Assembly: GCA_040437565.1 (NCBI GenBank)
Contig: JBDOQK010000011.1
Span: forward strand, 248,001-312,000
Direction of reading: 5' to 3'
Length of the DNA: 64,000 nucleotides
Origin: Albugo candida
Lineage: Eukaryota
Translations under genes and position numbers: made by a program
The notes under the pieces: generated by a model
Seen by the model: the letters and a program-made list of their open reading frames with translations, nothing else
The model's database searches: none
What the model was told of the DNA's origin: nothing
In this document: piece after piece, positions 47,801 through 61,375 of the stretch
How positions within the stretch are numbered: position 1 is the first letter of the stretch
Layout of the letters: every line of letters begins with the position of its first letter

Positions 47801-49679
47801 ATCAATCAAATTTAGAGCATGCCGTAATCGAGCAAACAACCTAGTGAATTGTTCCTCAAAATGGCTTTCTGTGACTAATACCACGGATACGAAATGAGAC
47901 AAGAGCCCAAGTCCTCTACGTATTGCAGGAGGTGAGCCATTGATCAGATAATCGATCACGCTTTTCATTATGTAGGTATGATTCAGCCATTCCAATAAAT
48001 CTGTGACCTGAAAGAAAATCATGATACGGATATGAATGGAGAACCGACTTACCTGATCGCGCAGGGACGACATGTTTGTTGATGCAAGGATGTGGAGTAT
48101 GGGTGGAGTAAGCTGCTCTCTATAAATTGCTCGATTGCTTTCACATTCGCCAGCTCGGTCTTGACTTTTCAATATCGCCCTCACAATTCCTAAAGAAGCC
48201 TGAAGGAGGACACAAAGGATTGAAAGAGCGTCAAATTCTGAGACGACAAACGGCATACCTCCACCAATACAGGCTGATTGGATTGAAGAGAATCAAGAAG
48301 AACATCGATCCGTACGCAGGAACGCAAGATAAATTCTCCCAACTGAATGAAATCCTTTTCGAAAAATTTCGCTTCCGAACGCGCTCGGCAGTGTGATACA
48401 GTTCGCATCATATGTAGGATAAGTACGTCTGCATATCCTTGGTATAGTGCTCTTGAACGATTTGTGTTTTCCTCTATTGAGCTGCAAAGACATAAACGAA
48501 GGATACTGAGCACCAATGCTTCATTTCTATCGTGGCCAACCCATGTGAGTGATCTCAGAGTTTTCGCAAGGGTCTACAAGGAATCCATGATGTCAGACTC
48601 TCAACTATGAAAGCAATGCGCACCATCAAATGTGTCTCCATGGTGATTTTAATCCTTGGGAAAGCTCTAGTTACTTCCGCTTTGGGTAGTAGCCCTAAGA
48701 CTAAGCACATATTTCGCAACGTGATTTCATTCGTCATGGTGTCTTGTGACTTGTGCCCACAAATCATTTGCTCTAGTTTGATAATTATATGCCGAATGCG
48801 TGTGCTTGCCATATCGTTGGTATTGCTTGGTAGCTTTGACCTTCTATAATCCATGACGTTTGTGCGTAACTTCAATGTCGCATCACTTCTCGTGCAGAAC
48901 AGCATAGCTGACTTGGTCCAAGTATACAACATCATTTCTATTCCGGCTTGCTGCAGTTCTTTTTGCTGCATTCCGAAGAGTTTTCGATATTCCCGGAATC
49001 GACATCGAAATTGATGGACGGCATAACTGAGAAAAGGATTGCAAGGATGGAAACGATGTTTCTGCCATTCTTCTACTTTATCGAGTATGATTGCGATTAA
49101 GTCTGCCAGCACGTAGTAAGGACGCATATCGTTGAGTTTCGTGTGACTCAAATAAACTGCAATGAAGCAGCTCGTTGCAATGAAAGCTTCATATCTTGCC
49201 ATATCGAGCCTTGTTCGCTGTGTTGCCGATATCCCTACAACAGATTTTTCCAAAGTTCCCAATAATAATAAATACGTCTCTAGTTGATCCTGTCGTGTAA
49301 TAGAACCTTCTGGTTGCTGTGTTTGATTCCATTCAACTACAGCATCTCGGGTGCTCATGGTACTTTGGAACAACTCAAACAGAACTAACGAGGTTGCCAT
49401 CTTTATTTCTTTGCAATTCGGTTCACATTCCATATCATCTGCTTTGTTTAAAATTCGAATAGAGAAGCCGATAACTACGTCGGAATATCGACAGAAGATC
49501 CAACGGAGCACAAATAAATATTTTATTGCGCGGTCTCCTTTCCAAATGCAGAAACTAAGTTTGGATGATGTAGAATGTTGTGTGGCCTTTAGCATGAAAG
49601 ACTGTATGATCGTGTCAGCTGCATTTTGACTGTGTGCATGTCTAATTGCACGCTCATCCTTGGGCATCGAAGACGCCAT
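44892..49679 (-). CDS. Large multi-exon helical (ARM/HEAT-like) hypothetical protein; interrupted by two gap duplications
   Basis: Successive long Leu-rich minus-strand ORFs linked by GT-AG introns (e.g. 48008-48052); 3' end uncertain because of a poly-A/T run near 44900. Confidence 0.65.
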
Positions 49680-50726
49680 GTTGATTAGTTTGGAAAGATT
49701 GAGCTACAGAACTGAGTATAAGCGCCATCGGGAAGAAATGCAGCAATTTTTCGGACAAGTGTTCGACGCGCAAGAGTGATTTTTGCCTGCTCTGAAGACG
49801 AGATTGAAGGTGCAGAGAGATGATCCTAAAGAAGCAAAATTCTGAGACATTAGTGGTAGCGGTAAACATCAAGTACAAACGGCATCGGCAGGCACTAGAA
49901 CGGCTTTGCATTCGTCCTGTGGCAGAGCATCGATTCTCAATTGACCTGTCTTGCTAATGTCATCAGCAATTTGTTTGGAGGCCAGTTCCAGCTATGTGCA
50001 GAGTAGTTTGCTTAGTGCACATATGTGGATTTTGATGCTTACTCACATGTATGCACTCACACGCACTAATGCTACGTAGAATGCGTCCAGGAGCTAGGAA
50101 TTGGTTCATCATTGCGCCTACTATTAGAAGCGCCGAACTGCCACTCACAAGTGAATCAAAGTAGAATCATTACGTCAAACTTTTTGACGAGTATGGAATT
50201 TATGCATTTGAAAAGTACGATTGTCGAGTGCGCTGGCATATATCACTCGCTTGTGATCAGAAAGTGTTGAGACAGTCATTTCAGGCCGTGATCGTTTTCA
50301 GTTTCCTCGTATTAATTCTAGCACGCAAGACTTGTGGCGTTTCGTTCACATGGAGTATTCCATCGTCACTTGAGATCATTCACTCTATCATGTATGTTTC
50401 ACGAATTAATAATTTCTGTGGTTGCAGAGACTTGAATAGACCTCGCAGCGCGTGTTGACTACTTCTTATAATGGTCACATACACCACCTTCAATGCTACC
50501 TTCCTTAACACGAGAAGATGACCTTTTAAGAGAGCGAGGCACTTTATATTGACTTTTATCGCCTTACGTTATTCAAGATCATCATCTCACATTTAGCGAA
50601 CGTCGTGAATAGCTATCAACGACATTTTGACACACCACGGTGGTGGAGCGAGATTAGCTACAGTGACATTCACGTTAATTAATAAAGCGCACCGTGTAAT
50701 TTATTTAATATATTCTCATACCACAC

Positions 50727-51618
50727 ATGGAGCCCGAAGCGAAGAAAAAGTGCTCGGACATATTGGATTACTTTTTCAACCTTGAGACAACAGGTGTGTA
50801 CTCTGCACTTCCAACCTTCTTCTTCAGTCTTGAGCACCATTAGGACCTTTTCGTGAGCGCGTAAATTGGGAAGAATGGGGTCTTTATGACTATTTGCAGG
50901 TAGTTAAAATACCGATGGATCTCGGAACTATCCGTATGAAGCTCAGTAAAGGAGAATATTCGAGGACGTCTGATTTTATGAAAGATGTGCGCCTCGTCTG
51001 GGATAATTGCAAGCTATATAACCAAGTAAGAACCACACGACGATAAGAGCAAGACGATAACAGTAGTCATGATCACTTTAATTTATTTAGGATGGTTCTG
51101 ATCTGTATATTTTGGCGGACGAGTTAGCGAAAAAGTTTGAAGAGAGGGCCAAAATGATGCGACTCGCTGGAGGGCAATCACGCTTAGACAAGGCTTATGC
51201 GTACGATTCAATCAATGACAATGTTTTAAGAAAACCACTTATACTGAAGTTCGTATCAACAATCATTTCAGGCCACCGACTGTCGAAGAAAAAATTGTGC
51301 TTAGTCAGAATATATACAAAGTTGCAAACAAGGATCTAGGAGCAATTGTAAATATACTGGAAGAGCACTGTCCAAAAGCGTTAGATAGGGTACGTGGATT
51401 ACGTCTGAATTCTCTTGCAGTGTTTGCCACTACGTATCTGTCAGAGCTCACCTGACGAAGTCGACATCATCATCGACTCGATTGATCCAAAAATATTTCG
51501 TACTATCGAAAAGCTTATCAGCGAAACAGTGTCACAAGAATCTCAACAAACAGTGGCCAATCTATTAGCCTCTAGAAACGCGAAAAAGAGTAAGGACCAT
51601 GCAAATAATCAGCGGTGA
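50727..51618 (+). CDS. Bromodomain plus ET (NET) domain protein; 4 introns
   Basis: Spliced reading gives PFRERV...LYDYLQVVKIPMDLGTI...DVRLVWDNCKLYN (bromodomain) and PPTVEEKIVLSQNI...DLGAIV...EVDIIIDSID (ET domain). Confidence 0.9.
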
Positions 51619-52363
51619 AATAAGCCCAAGAATTGAGGATGACTTTGCAATTTCCGCTTTCTTACTTCAACATGACAAATCCTGCTCATGCATACTTCAC
51701 GATATCATATCCCAATAGTAAAAGCGTAGAGAAACATGTATGAATGCTCAAATTATATAATGGAATCGACATCCACAAAATTCGGCTCACATGATGAAAA
51801 CTAACAAAGCTTTACAATTCAGATTCATAACAACACGTATTCTCCGCACACCACCCACTTGCGCTGAATTCCATAACAATGGACACCCAATCCTTACCAA
51901 ATAGAACGATTCAAGGTTCGATATGGAGGTGCAGAACTTTGCAAGCTACCACTTATACTTCTCCTCATCGTTTTGTTGATTCAATGTCTCACCGTACGCA
52001 TCATGGCATAACAGGACGTTTCTTTGACTTGCTCCGAATTTTCAATCCTGAATACTCGTCGTGGGTGCCTCTTTGATCGAATCATTCTAGCAAGAGAGCA
52101 GATGCACTCACTCATTGACGTTTGACCACAGAACTGCAATTGCAGCTGAATTAACTCAAATGGAGGTATCCATACAGCCCCTTCGAAATATCCCAAGTAT
52201 TTCTGTCTGGAGACGGCATCGTAGATAGTCGATTTGAACAAATGTGTGTGATTGCCATCGGATGTTTCGGTGGATATAAATACATAACATGGCACTATAA
52301 GCACTGAACCGTCACCCGATAAGTAGCTATTTCATTCGATCCGAGTTCACCCGAGCACGAAAG

Positions 52364-52944
52364 ATGCCATCCGATACTCCATTGCATAAAGCTGCTCATA
52401 ATGGTGACAAAGGGGCGTGCTTGCAAATTCTTGAAGAGAATTTAGTCAATGTGAACGCTCCTGGAGCGGGGGACAGGAGAGCGCTTCATCGAGCCGCGGG
52501 AGGCAATCATGCAGAAGTATGTACCCTACTCTTGGAGAAGGGTGCGGACATAAATGGAGTAAGCAAGTAATCGATTTACCGAATGCTTCCTGTTTCATTA
52601 CTAATGAAATTCTGTGTATGTAGCCAGACAAAAGCGGGAGAACTGCATTGCATTGGGCTGCTATCAGTGGACACAAAGAAGCCATACTGATTTTGTTACA
52701 AAAAGGAGCTTACGTCAACGCGGAGACTACGACAAAAGCGACACCATTGCACGGTGCATGTGAAGGTGGTAAAGTAGAAGTTGTTAGATTGTTGATGCAA
52801 AACAAGGCAGATCCGAGTAAGAAGGATGCAAGCGGGAAAGTACCATACGATCTTGCCATGGAAGGAAAACACAAAGCGGTACTTAAAGTTTTGAAGGAGA
52901 TGGGAGATACGTCGGCAAAGAGTTCGTCTTGTTTGCTCCAATAG
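52364..52944 (+). CDS. Small ankyrin-repeat protein ending in a CaaX-like motif (CLLQ); 1 intron
   Basis: TPLHKAA, ALHRAA, TALHWAA, TPLHGAC repeats; intron ~52559-52623. Confidence 0.9.
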
Positions 52945-52984
52945 AATGGAACGGATTGAGCATTCCGGTAGACATAGATCATAT

Positions 52985-54578
<1,594 letters not shown>

Positions 54579-54954
54579 ATGCACACCAGTCGATGGGTAC
54601 CACTATGTTGGTACAAACAGCTGTATAATAATTAATACAAGTCTTTGCATGCTCTGTTTCCTTTCTAACCTCAGTCTACAAATGATGCCGCGATGAACAT
54701 TAGTCATTGTTTAGCTTGAGACCACCTGATTTTGGCAAGGTACTCTATTGTTACAAAATGAGACACATCGATCTATTGACTCTAACCCTGACCGATTATT
54801 AGTGTCATAAATGCAGAACTGATACTTGGAATTGGCTATAAGCGTCGACCTTCTACTGTATACTGCTGCCGTTGTTTAGGATTCTTCGTGCATACTGTAA
54901 AACACCCTCGATCCTTGCGATGGACATATGAAGTCTACTGCATGCGAGTTATAC

Positions 54955-55737
54955 TCATATAATCTGCGAAATTTGTTTCACGTGACTGAGAGCATCGGAA
55001 TATACGTCGTTTGTATGATCTTGCTTCATTAAACCGTTATTATGACGCATCAAATTGCAGAGCGTTGCCGCTGCTGCTGCTATGTATTTTTTGTCGACAT
55101 CGGTAAGAGCTTCTCTATCTGCTTGCATGTAGTCTGTGGTTGCGGATGATTCAGATATTGAACTCTTTCTCGCATTGGCCGGAATGTGCATGGCTTGATG
55201 CCTTCGGTAAGTAGGCAAGTTGTATTCTGTACCATCTTGGCTTATTTGTGTGTCCTGGAGTCCTATTATTCGAGTATTTGTTGCGCTCGCTTGTTGTTCC
55301 TTTTTTGTCTTCGCAATTTTGAGAAGATATTTTTGGGCGTGCGTACGAACTTGGGTGACTGAACGAGTGCGAACCACTTGTTGAACACGCTTCCATTTGT
55401 GCCCATATGCCTTAAAGCCGGCCAAAAATCTCTCATGTTCATTAAAGCTCCACCTCCCACCCCGAACGGTGGTCCCAAGGTTTTTCTCATCGCCGTAAGC
55501 ATCTTCTCTGTTAAAAAAAACTCCCATTTCTCGACAAGATCTGGATGCATGAGGTATGCCGACGTTCACCTGTGCTTTGTGATATCGAGGACCATCGCTC
55601 AAATTTTTGGCGGTGTCAAAAGCTGAAGGAAACGATTCTTCCCTGTTAGAATGTACAATCGTGTGAATTATAGGCAGATTGAATTTTCCCGCAGAAGGAT
55701 TGCTGGTGAGTGCTGGTTGCAGACCATGGCCGAGCAT
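54955..55737 (-). CDS. Single-repeat MYB transcription factor (SHAQKYF class)
   Basis: GRWSFNEHERFLAG...GHKWKRV...TRSVTQVRTHAQKY. Confidence 0.9.
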   Translation of the reverse strand: MLGHGLQPALTSNPSAGKFNLPIIHTIVHSNREESFPSAFDTAKNLSDGPRYHKAQVNVGIPHASRSCREMGVFFNREDAYGDEKNLGTTVRGGRWSFNEHERFLAGFKAYGHKWKRVQQVVRTRSVTQVRTHAQKYLLKIAKTKKEQQASATNTRIIGLQDTQISQDGTEYNLPTYRRHQAMHIPANARKSSISESSATTDYMQADREALTDVDKKYIAAAAATLCNLMRHNNGLMKQDHTNDVYSDALSHVKQISQII

Positions 55738-57968
55738 TGGAGATGCAAATCCGAAAGTCGCGGAGCTTTCTTCTCCAATCTGTTACATTATCGTGTTAGC
55801 GTAATTCACAGTGCATCTCACTGGGAGGAAAAATCCCTACCTCATCCATCTTGAAATGTGACGGGACAGTTTTCTCTTTGATATTCATCAGGTCGAATAA
55901 TAACAAAGACTGGCGTGTAGATTCTTCTTTCGTGAGCGACCGAGTCATCAGCTACTGGTGTAGAAGACAACCAGAAGTCAGACTGTTGATCTAAGTTTCG
56001 GAATCTGGTAGAGAACATACAAATCAAAGACTCTACTACTGATGATCGTGACCAAAAATAGCTGACTATGCTTCAGTTCACTCTGTACTTCACTCCTTAT
56101 CACACATTAGACTCACTGCCTTATTTCGCAAAATGCAATCCCTACCCGCAACATATTTCTGTCTCTAAACATTATGTTCTTAATTTAATTGCAGCGCATA
56201 ATTATAAGGGCACTTTAGGTTTTCACACGTTCAGTGTAATTTCCCGGACCGGGTGATAAAATGTACTTATACATGGATATACATATCAATATGCCATCTG
56301 CTTTAGCATGCTATTGAGTCTGTCGTGCGTACAGAACGTTGACTGTTCGTGAGAAAAATCATTCTTGCTCAAATTCTCTCCTTTTAGTACTGAGTGAAGC
56401 TAGATACTTTTTTTACAGATCAGTTCTTACACGTAAGAATCAAATGCATTCACTTGTGACCAATTCATTGTAGTCATTTTTAGGGAGTTGATGCTGATGG
56501 ATGCTCCGAGACTGGACGACTAGAGGTCAAGACGTAGGATAGGTCAGCATGATACCAGGCGTGTACCTACCAAAATATCGTTTTGTTACTTAAAAATGTG
56601 ACATTCCAATACGGAATGCAAGCACTGTCTCAAGATCATTCGACTAGTCTTTTTCGCGATGTTTCAATTATATTACTCTCTGTTTTTACTTCATACGTTG
56701 AAATAAAATACAATCAACGACGAATCAAATGCGCTTCGTCGAATATTGCGATTTGATGCACATCTTCCTGTGTTATGAATCCAAAGGTTAGACGTTCTTG
56801 GTAGACACTGCTGCAGGAATTCTCATGCCTCTGATGCGACTAGAGTTGGCAAGTGAAGTATTCCATTGAGCTAATTTGCCTTTTTGCAGCGCTGAGGTGA
56901 TGCATATGGAAGTTATACACGTTGACAGTCATCATCCATCAAAGGTCTAGGCATATGACCAAACCCAGCCCACTTTGCAAACAATCTATATATGCTGGTA
57001 ACTTCCTGCATAAAGCTGTTCCAGGCTGAATAGAGCAGTTNNNNNNNNNNNNNNNNNNNNNNNNNNNNNNNNNNNNNNNNNNNNNNNNNNNNNNNNNNNN
57101 NNNNNNNNNNNNNNNNNNNNNNNNNNNNNNNNNNNNNNNNAAGGTTAGACGTTCTTGGTAGACACTGCTGCAGGAATTCTCATGCCTCTGATGCGACTAG
57201 AGTTGGCAAGTGAAGTATTCCATTGAGCTAATTTGCCTTTTTGCAGCGCTGAGGTGATGCATATGGAAGTTATACGCGTTGGACAGTCATCATCCATCAA
57301 AGGTCTAGGCATATGACCAAACCCAGCCCACTTTGCAAACAATCTATATATGCTGGTAACTTCCTGCATAAAGCTGTTCCAGGCTGAATAGAGCAGTTTT
57401 TTGGGAACTGCGTAGTGTGTCGTCGTGAACAATGATTCGATTTGTGGACGATAGTGACGAGATAATGCTTGCAATGCATTGTCCTTATCTAGTGCTATTT
57501 ATGACATTTCATGACGCACTTTGATTGTGTAACGATCAAGTCAGTAGTTTCTCAGACATTCACACAAAGCAGCGATTGTGAAAAATAATCGAGTAATTTA
57601 TGTCACTATAATAATTTACATATGACAAAGATACTATATCGAATACTGATATGGTGATTTCGTCACGCAGCACGCGAATGACCAGGGACCTATGACTGTG
57701 AACACATTTGCTACATGTGCGGTTTGTGCACAACACATCGGTCTTGAAATTTGTAAAAGCGGACCATCTGGAGCTACGCACTGACCTAAGTGCAGCGGGA
57801 GATGTATTGCTTCTCATTCTAGCTGCGTCATGTTGCAGCTCTGCGCAACTCGATGTTTTAATAAGGTACGCGAAAATTTTGCTGGCGATATTTCTAAAAA
57901 TTGACACAGCCGGTACCCATCCCTAGTACCGTTTCGAGCAAAATACATGGCCTGATCGGACAATCGAA

Positions 57969-58949
57969 ATGCGGGTTTGTGTTGGTCCAAAATATACTCA
58001 AGAATTTGCAGTCCAAGGCTCAAGCGCAACGAAGATTCAGGTGATATGCAAAGCTTACACAAGTATCTTACGAGTCACTATACCTTATACGCAAGGCAAT
58101 TTTTCGTGGATGGAGAGTTCGGATTCGCTTAGTTTGGCGTGTTCGTGAGGAATTTCGGGCCATTTTGAGTGAGTGCGAATTGCCTGAAAAGATACCTGTA
58201 TTATCTTGGAATGCAAATAATATCTTGGGTTATCCACGTATATCGCAAATACTCGGTGGAAGAATGTGGAATCACTCGTTGTTTGGCAATCACATAGATT
58301 TACAACAAGTCAAAGAATTGCAAATTACGGGAGATGCAGCAACTGAAATGAAGCGAGATAATGCCTCTGCTGTATCTGAAGATATTGATGCGGCCTTTAA
58401 TGAACCTACATTGCTGGAAACCAAAAACATGACCAGCAATATCGAGCAACTTGATCAGAATGCTGAGCAAGGAAAGGAAGAAAGTGGTTGGCTCTTGTCT
58501 AATGATGCTTCATATGATTCCACAACTTGTGCGATTTCATCACCAAGAAATCCAGCTCCCGCTGAGCATAAATCCCCTACTGAGACAGGTTAGCAGGAAG
58601 AATGCAATGTGACTCGATAGATCCACCGCAAACTACTCATTTACCTCTTAAATTGGAACAGAGTCTAATGGAAAGAAGGCCTACGAAGCGACAGCTGACG
58701 ATCTATGCAATCAGATCGCTGAAAAAGAACTTGACACTTCGCAGGAGCTTCGTATTGCAGAAACACTGCAAATGTATACTCGAGCAGAAATCGTGATGAA
58801 GATTGAATGGGCTAAGCAAGCTTTAAAAGCACGAAAGCAGGCAAGTACATGTAAGAATATTTCGCTGGTCAGATTTCACATGTTTGTATGTACAGTTCCT
58901 ACTAAATACTCCACGGTCCAAGTCTTCTATCGGCTTTTCTGCCAGATGA
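57969..58949 (+). CDS. IQ-motif protein resembling IQCC; 3 introns
   Basis: Splicing 58041-58095 joins ATKIQ to AIFRGWRVR (IQ motif); C-terminal IEWAKQALKARKQ block; last exon ambiguous. Confidence 0.6.
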
Positions 58950-59245
58950 TGTTACTTTTGTACACAGCTTCGTCCAATTAGGGCAGATAGCTCATTAGGA
59001 GTCTGAAATTATTTTTATAGCTGATTCGCCCATAGAAGGGGCTGGCTTGTGTAGGGGCTAGACTCTATAAGATAGAAAATCAAAGATTAAGATAAAGTTC
59101 ACATTATAGAATAAAAACGCAAGCGAAAGTCTTACATTTGTTTATTCGCTCGGACATATGCTTGCTCTAGTCGTCTATTTCGCGATATTGTTCTGAGCTG
59201 TACAGTGCAACCTACCGATCCTTGTATTCGTCTATCTCCTAGGCA

Positions 59246-60950
59246 ATGAACAAGTCTACCTCCCCCGGCCAACAATTTCGAAATATCGAGACACCAAAAG
59301 CAATGATCGAGTATACATTATCGCTGCTTTGTTATGATTAGGTTGAGATCTGATGCAATATTGTGCAGGGCTCCTACGGAATCGATTCTCCCGTCATTCA
59401 ACTCCGGAATATTGGCACGTCGTATCTTGACCACTACCTCGCTGGTTTCCATGAGCTTCTTCTTTATCTGTGGAGGTCCTTTTGGTTCCGAGCAGATAAT
59501 ATCGTGTATGTAGACATAAATTTCACCCTTTTTGATTGATGCTAACTTGACACAGCTGGTGGGCCGATGATTGGACTTATTGGTTTGTTCGTCACACCTC
59601 TCGTCATGAGCCTTCCGACGGGACTCATGACTGCTGAGTTAAGCACAGCATTTCCCACAAGCGGTATGAAGTCTTGCGCTTGCAGCTTTACACTTGATCG
59701 CATCTACAGCGGAATTTAAATCTCTCTCTTAGGTGGCTTCGTGGTTTGGGTATTGCACGCATTTGGACCATTTTGGGCATCTTTGGTAGGATATTTGTCC
59801 TGGGTATCTGGTGTCATTGATAATGCTATATATCCGTCGCTCGCGTTGGCGACTTTCACCGATGTTTATGGTGGTCTGGAAAATAAGGTAGCAGTATATG
59901 CAGTGAGAAGCGCAATTGCGCTTGTGCTTTCTGTCCCTAATTTTATCGGGCTTAAACTTGTTGGAAACGTGACGGCGGTAGGCTTCGTGTTGATTATGGT
60001 GCCGTTCGTTGTACTAGTAATCTGGGCGTTTGCCATCGCCGACGATTGGAGTGCCCTGGGGGAGTTGCGTCGAAGCGAATCTGTTATCGATGCACACGGT
60101 GATGTTATAGGAATGACTGGGAACGTCGATATCGAATGGTCATTACTACTTCAGACTTTATTCTGGAACTATAGCGGCACCATAGCAATATCTGTATTCT
60201 GTGGTGAGGTGAAGAACCCAAATCATTCGTACCCAAGGGCACTGCTATACTCGACCGTATTAATCATCCTAACATACACATTCCCCCTTCTTGCAAGCTC
60301 TGCATTCAATCGACCACATTGGTCTACTTGGGATGAAGGTGATTTTGCATCAATTGCAAAATTCGTTGGAGGAGTCCCACTTGCAACTTGCATATTGATT
60401 GCCACATTTATGAGCAACGCTGGAATGTTTATCACAGAAATGTGCGGTGACTCTTATCAATTAGCAGCGATGGGTGAGATTGGACTCGTACCGACATGCT
60501 TTGCAACGTGAGATTAATTGCTATATTGTGTTGTAATCAATCACTTTGACATTCGTTTGCTACTATAGCCGGAACAATCGATTCGACACTCCGCACTGGT
60601 CAATATGTGCAAGTATCGGATTCATTCTGATAATAACGACTTTCAATTTTGATGAAATATTGACAATGACCAACGCTCTAACAGCAATACGCCAAATTTG
60701 TTCGTATGCTTCCTTTATCAAATTGCGATATTCGCATGCAGAGACGATTCGACCGTTCAAAGTACCAGGGTCGATCCCTGTTTTGGTGGCCATGTTGGTC
60801 ATACCCGTGGCATTTTTACTTTTCATCACCCAAGATGTCTTTCATTCTCTATTTCCTTCATTGCTTGTGATCAGCGTCCTCATCATTGGGATAGCGTACG
60901 CGAAATGGAAGAAGCCAACTCACGAACAATTAAGTCGTCTACAGCTTTAA
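59246..60950 (+). CDS. APC-superfamily amino acid/polyamine permease (PUT/LAT-like); 4 introns
   Basis: Spliced exons give ICGGPFGSE, LMTAELSTAFP..GGF.VWV..AFGPFW, DNAIYP, TLFWNYSG, GEVKNP..SYP, RPFKVPG; multiple TM segments. Confidence 0.92.
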
Positions 60951-61375
60951 TTAGCTTCATAGGATACAGTAGTGGACGTAATGTTGATAAAGTCTTGTAT
61001 ATTGTTACCATTAGCACTTGTACAGCATCATGTCCAACGCGAACATCTGTTCTCAGGGCAACCCACATTTGTTGCTGGTCGAGAATTGTTCGTGAGGTCG
61101 TGAGGTTAGCCAAAAAAAAATATATCACCGGCCTTCCACGCCTCAACGAAGATCAGCTCCTACCCAATGTTTCTAGATTTGATCTCGCCTAACAGAACAT
61201 TCCCTGTTTGCCTCAACGTAACACATTTGATAGTACCTTTTATAGAGGCTCGCGCAAAGCATGAGCAAATGGAATTCGGAAGCGTCTTTATTTTAAAAAA
61301 GAGCTACAAGACGCAACATGCAGTAAGCACTCATTGTTAATTATCAAATTACCGTCCAAAGTCCCTCTGAGATAT

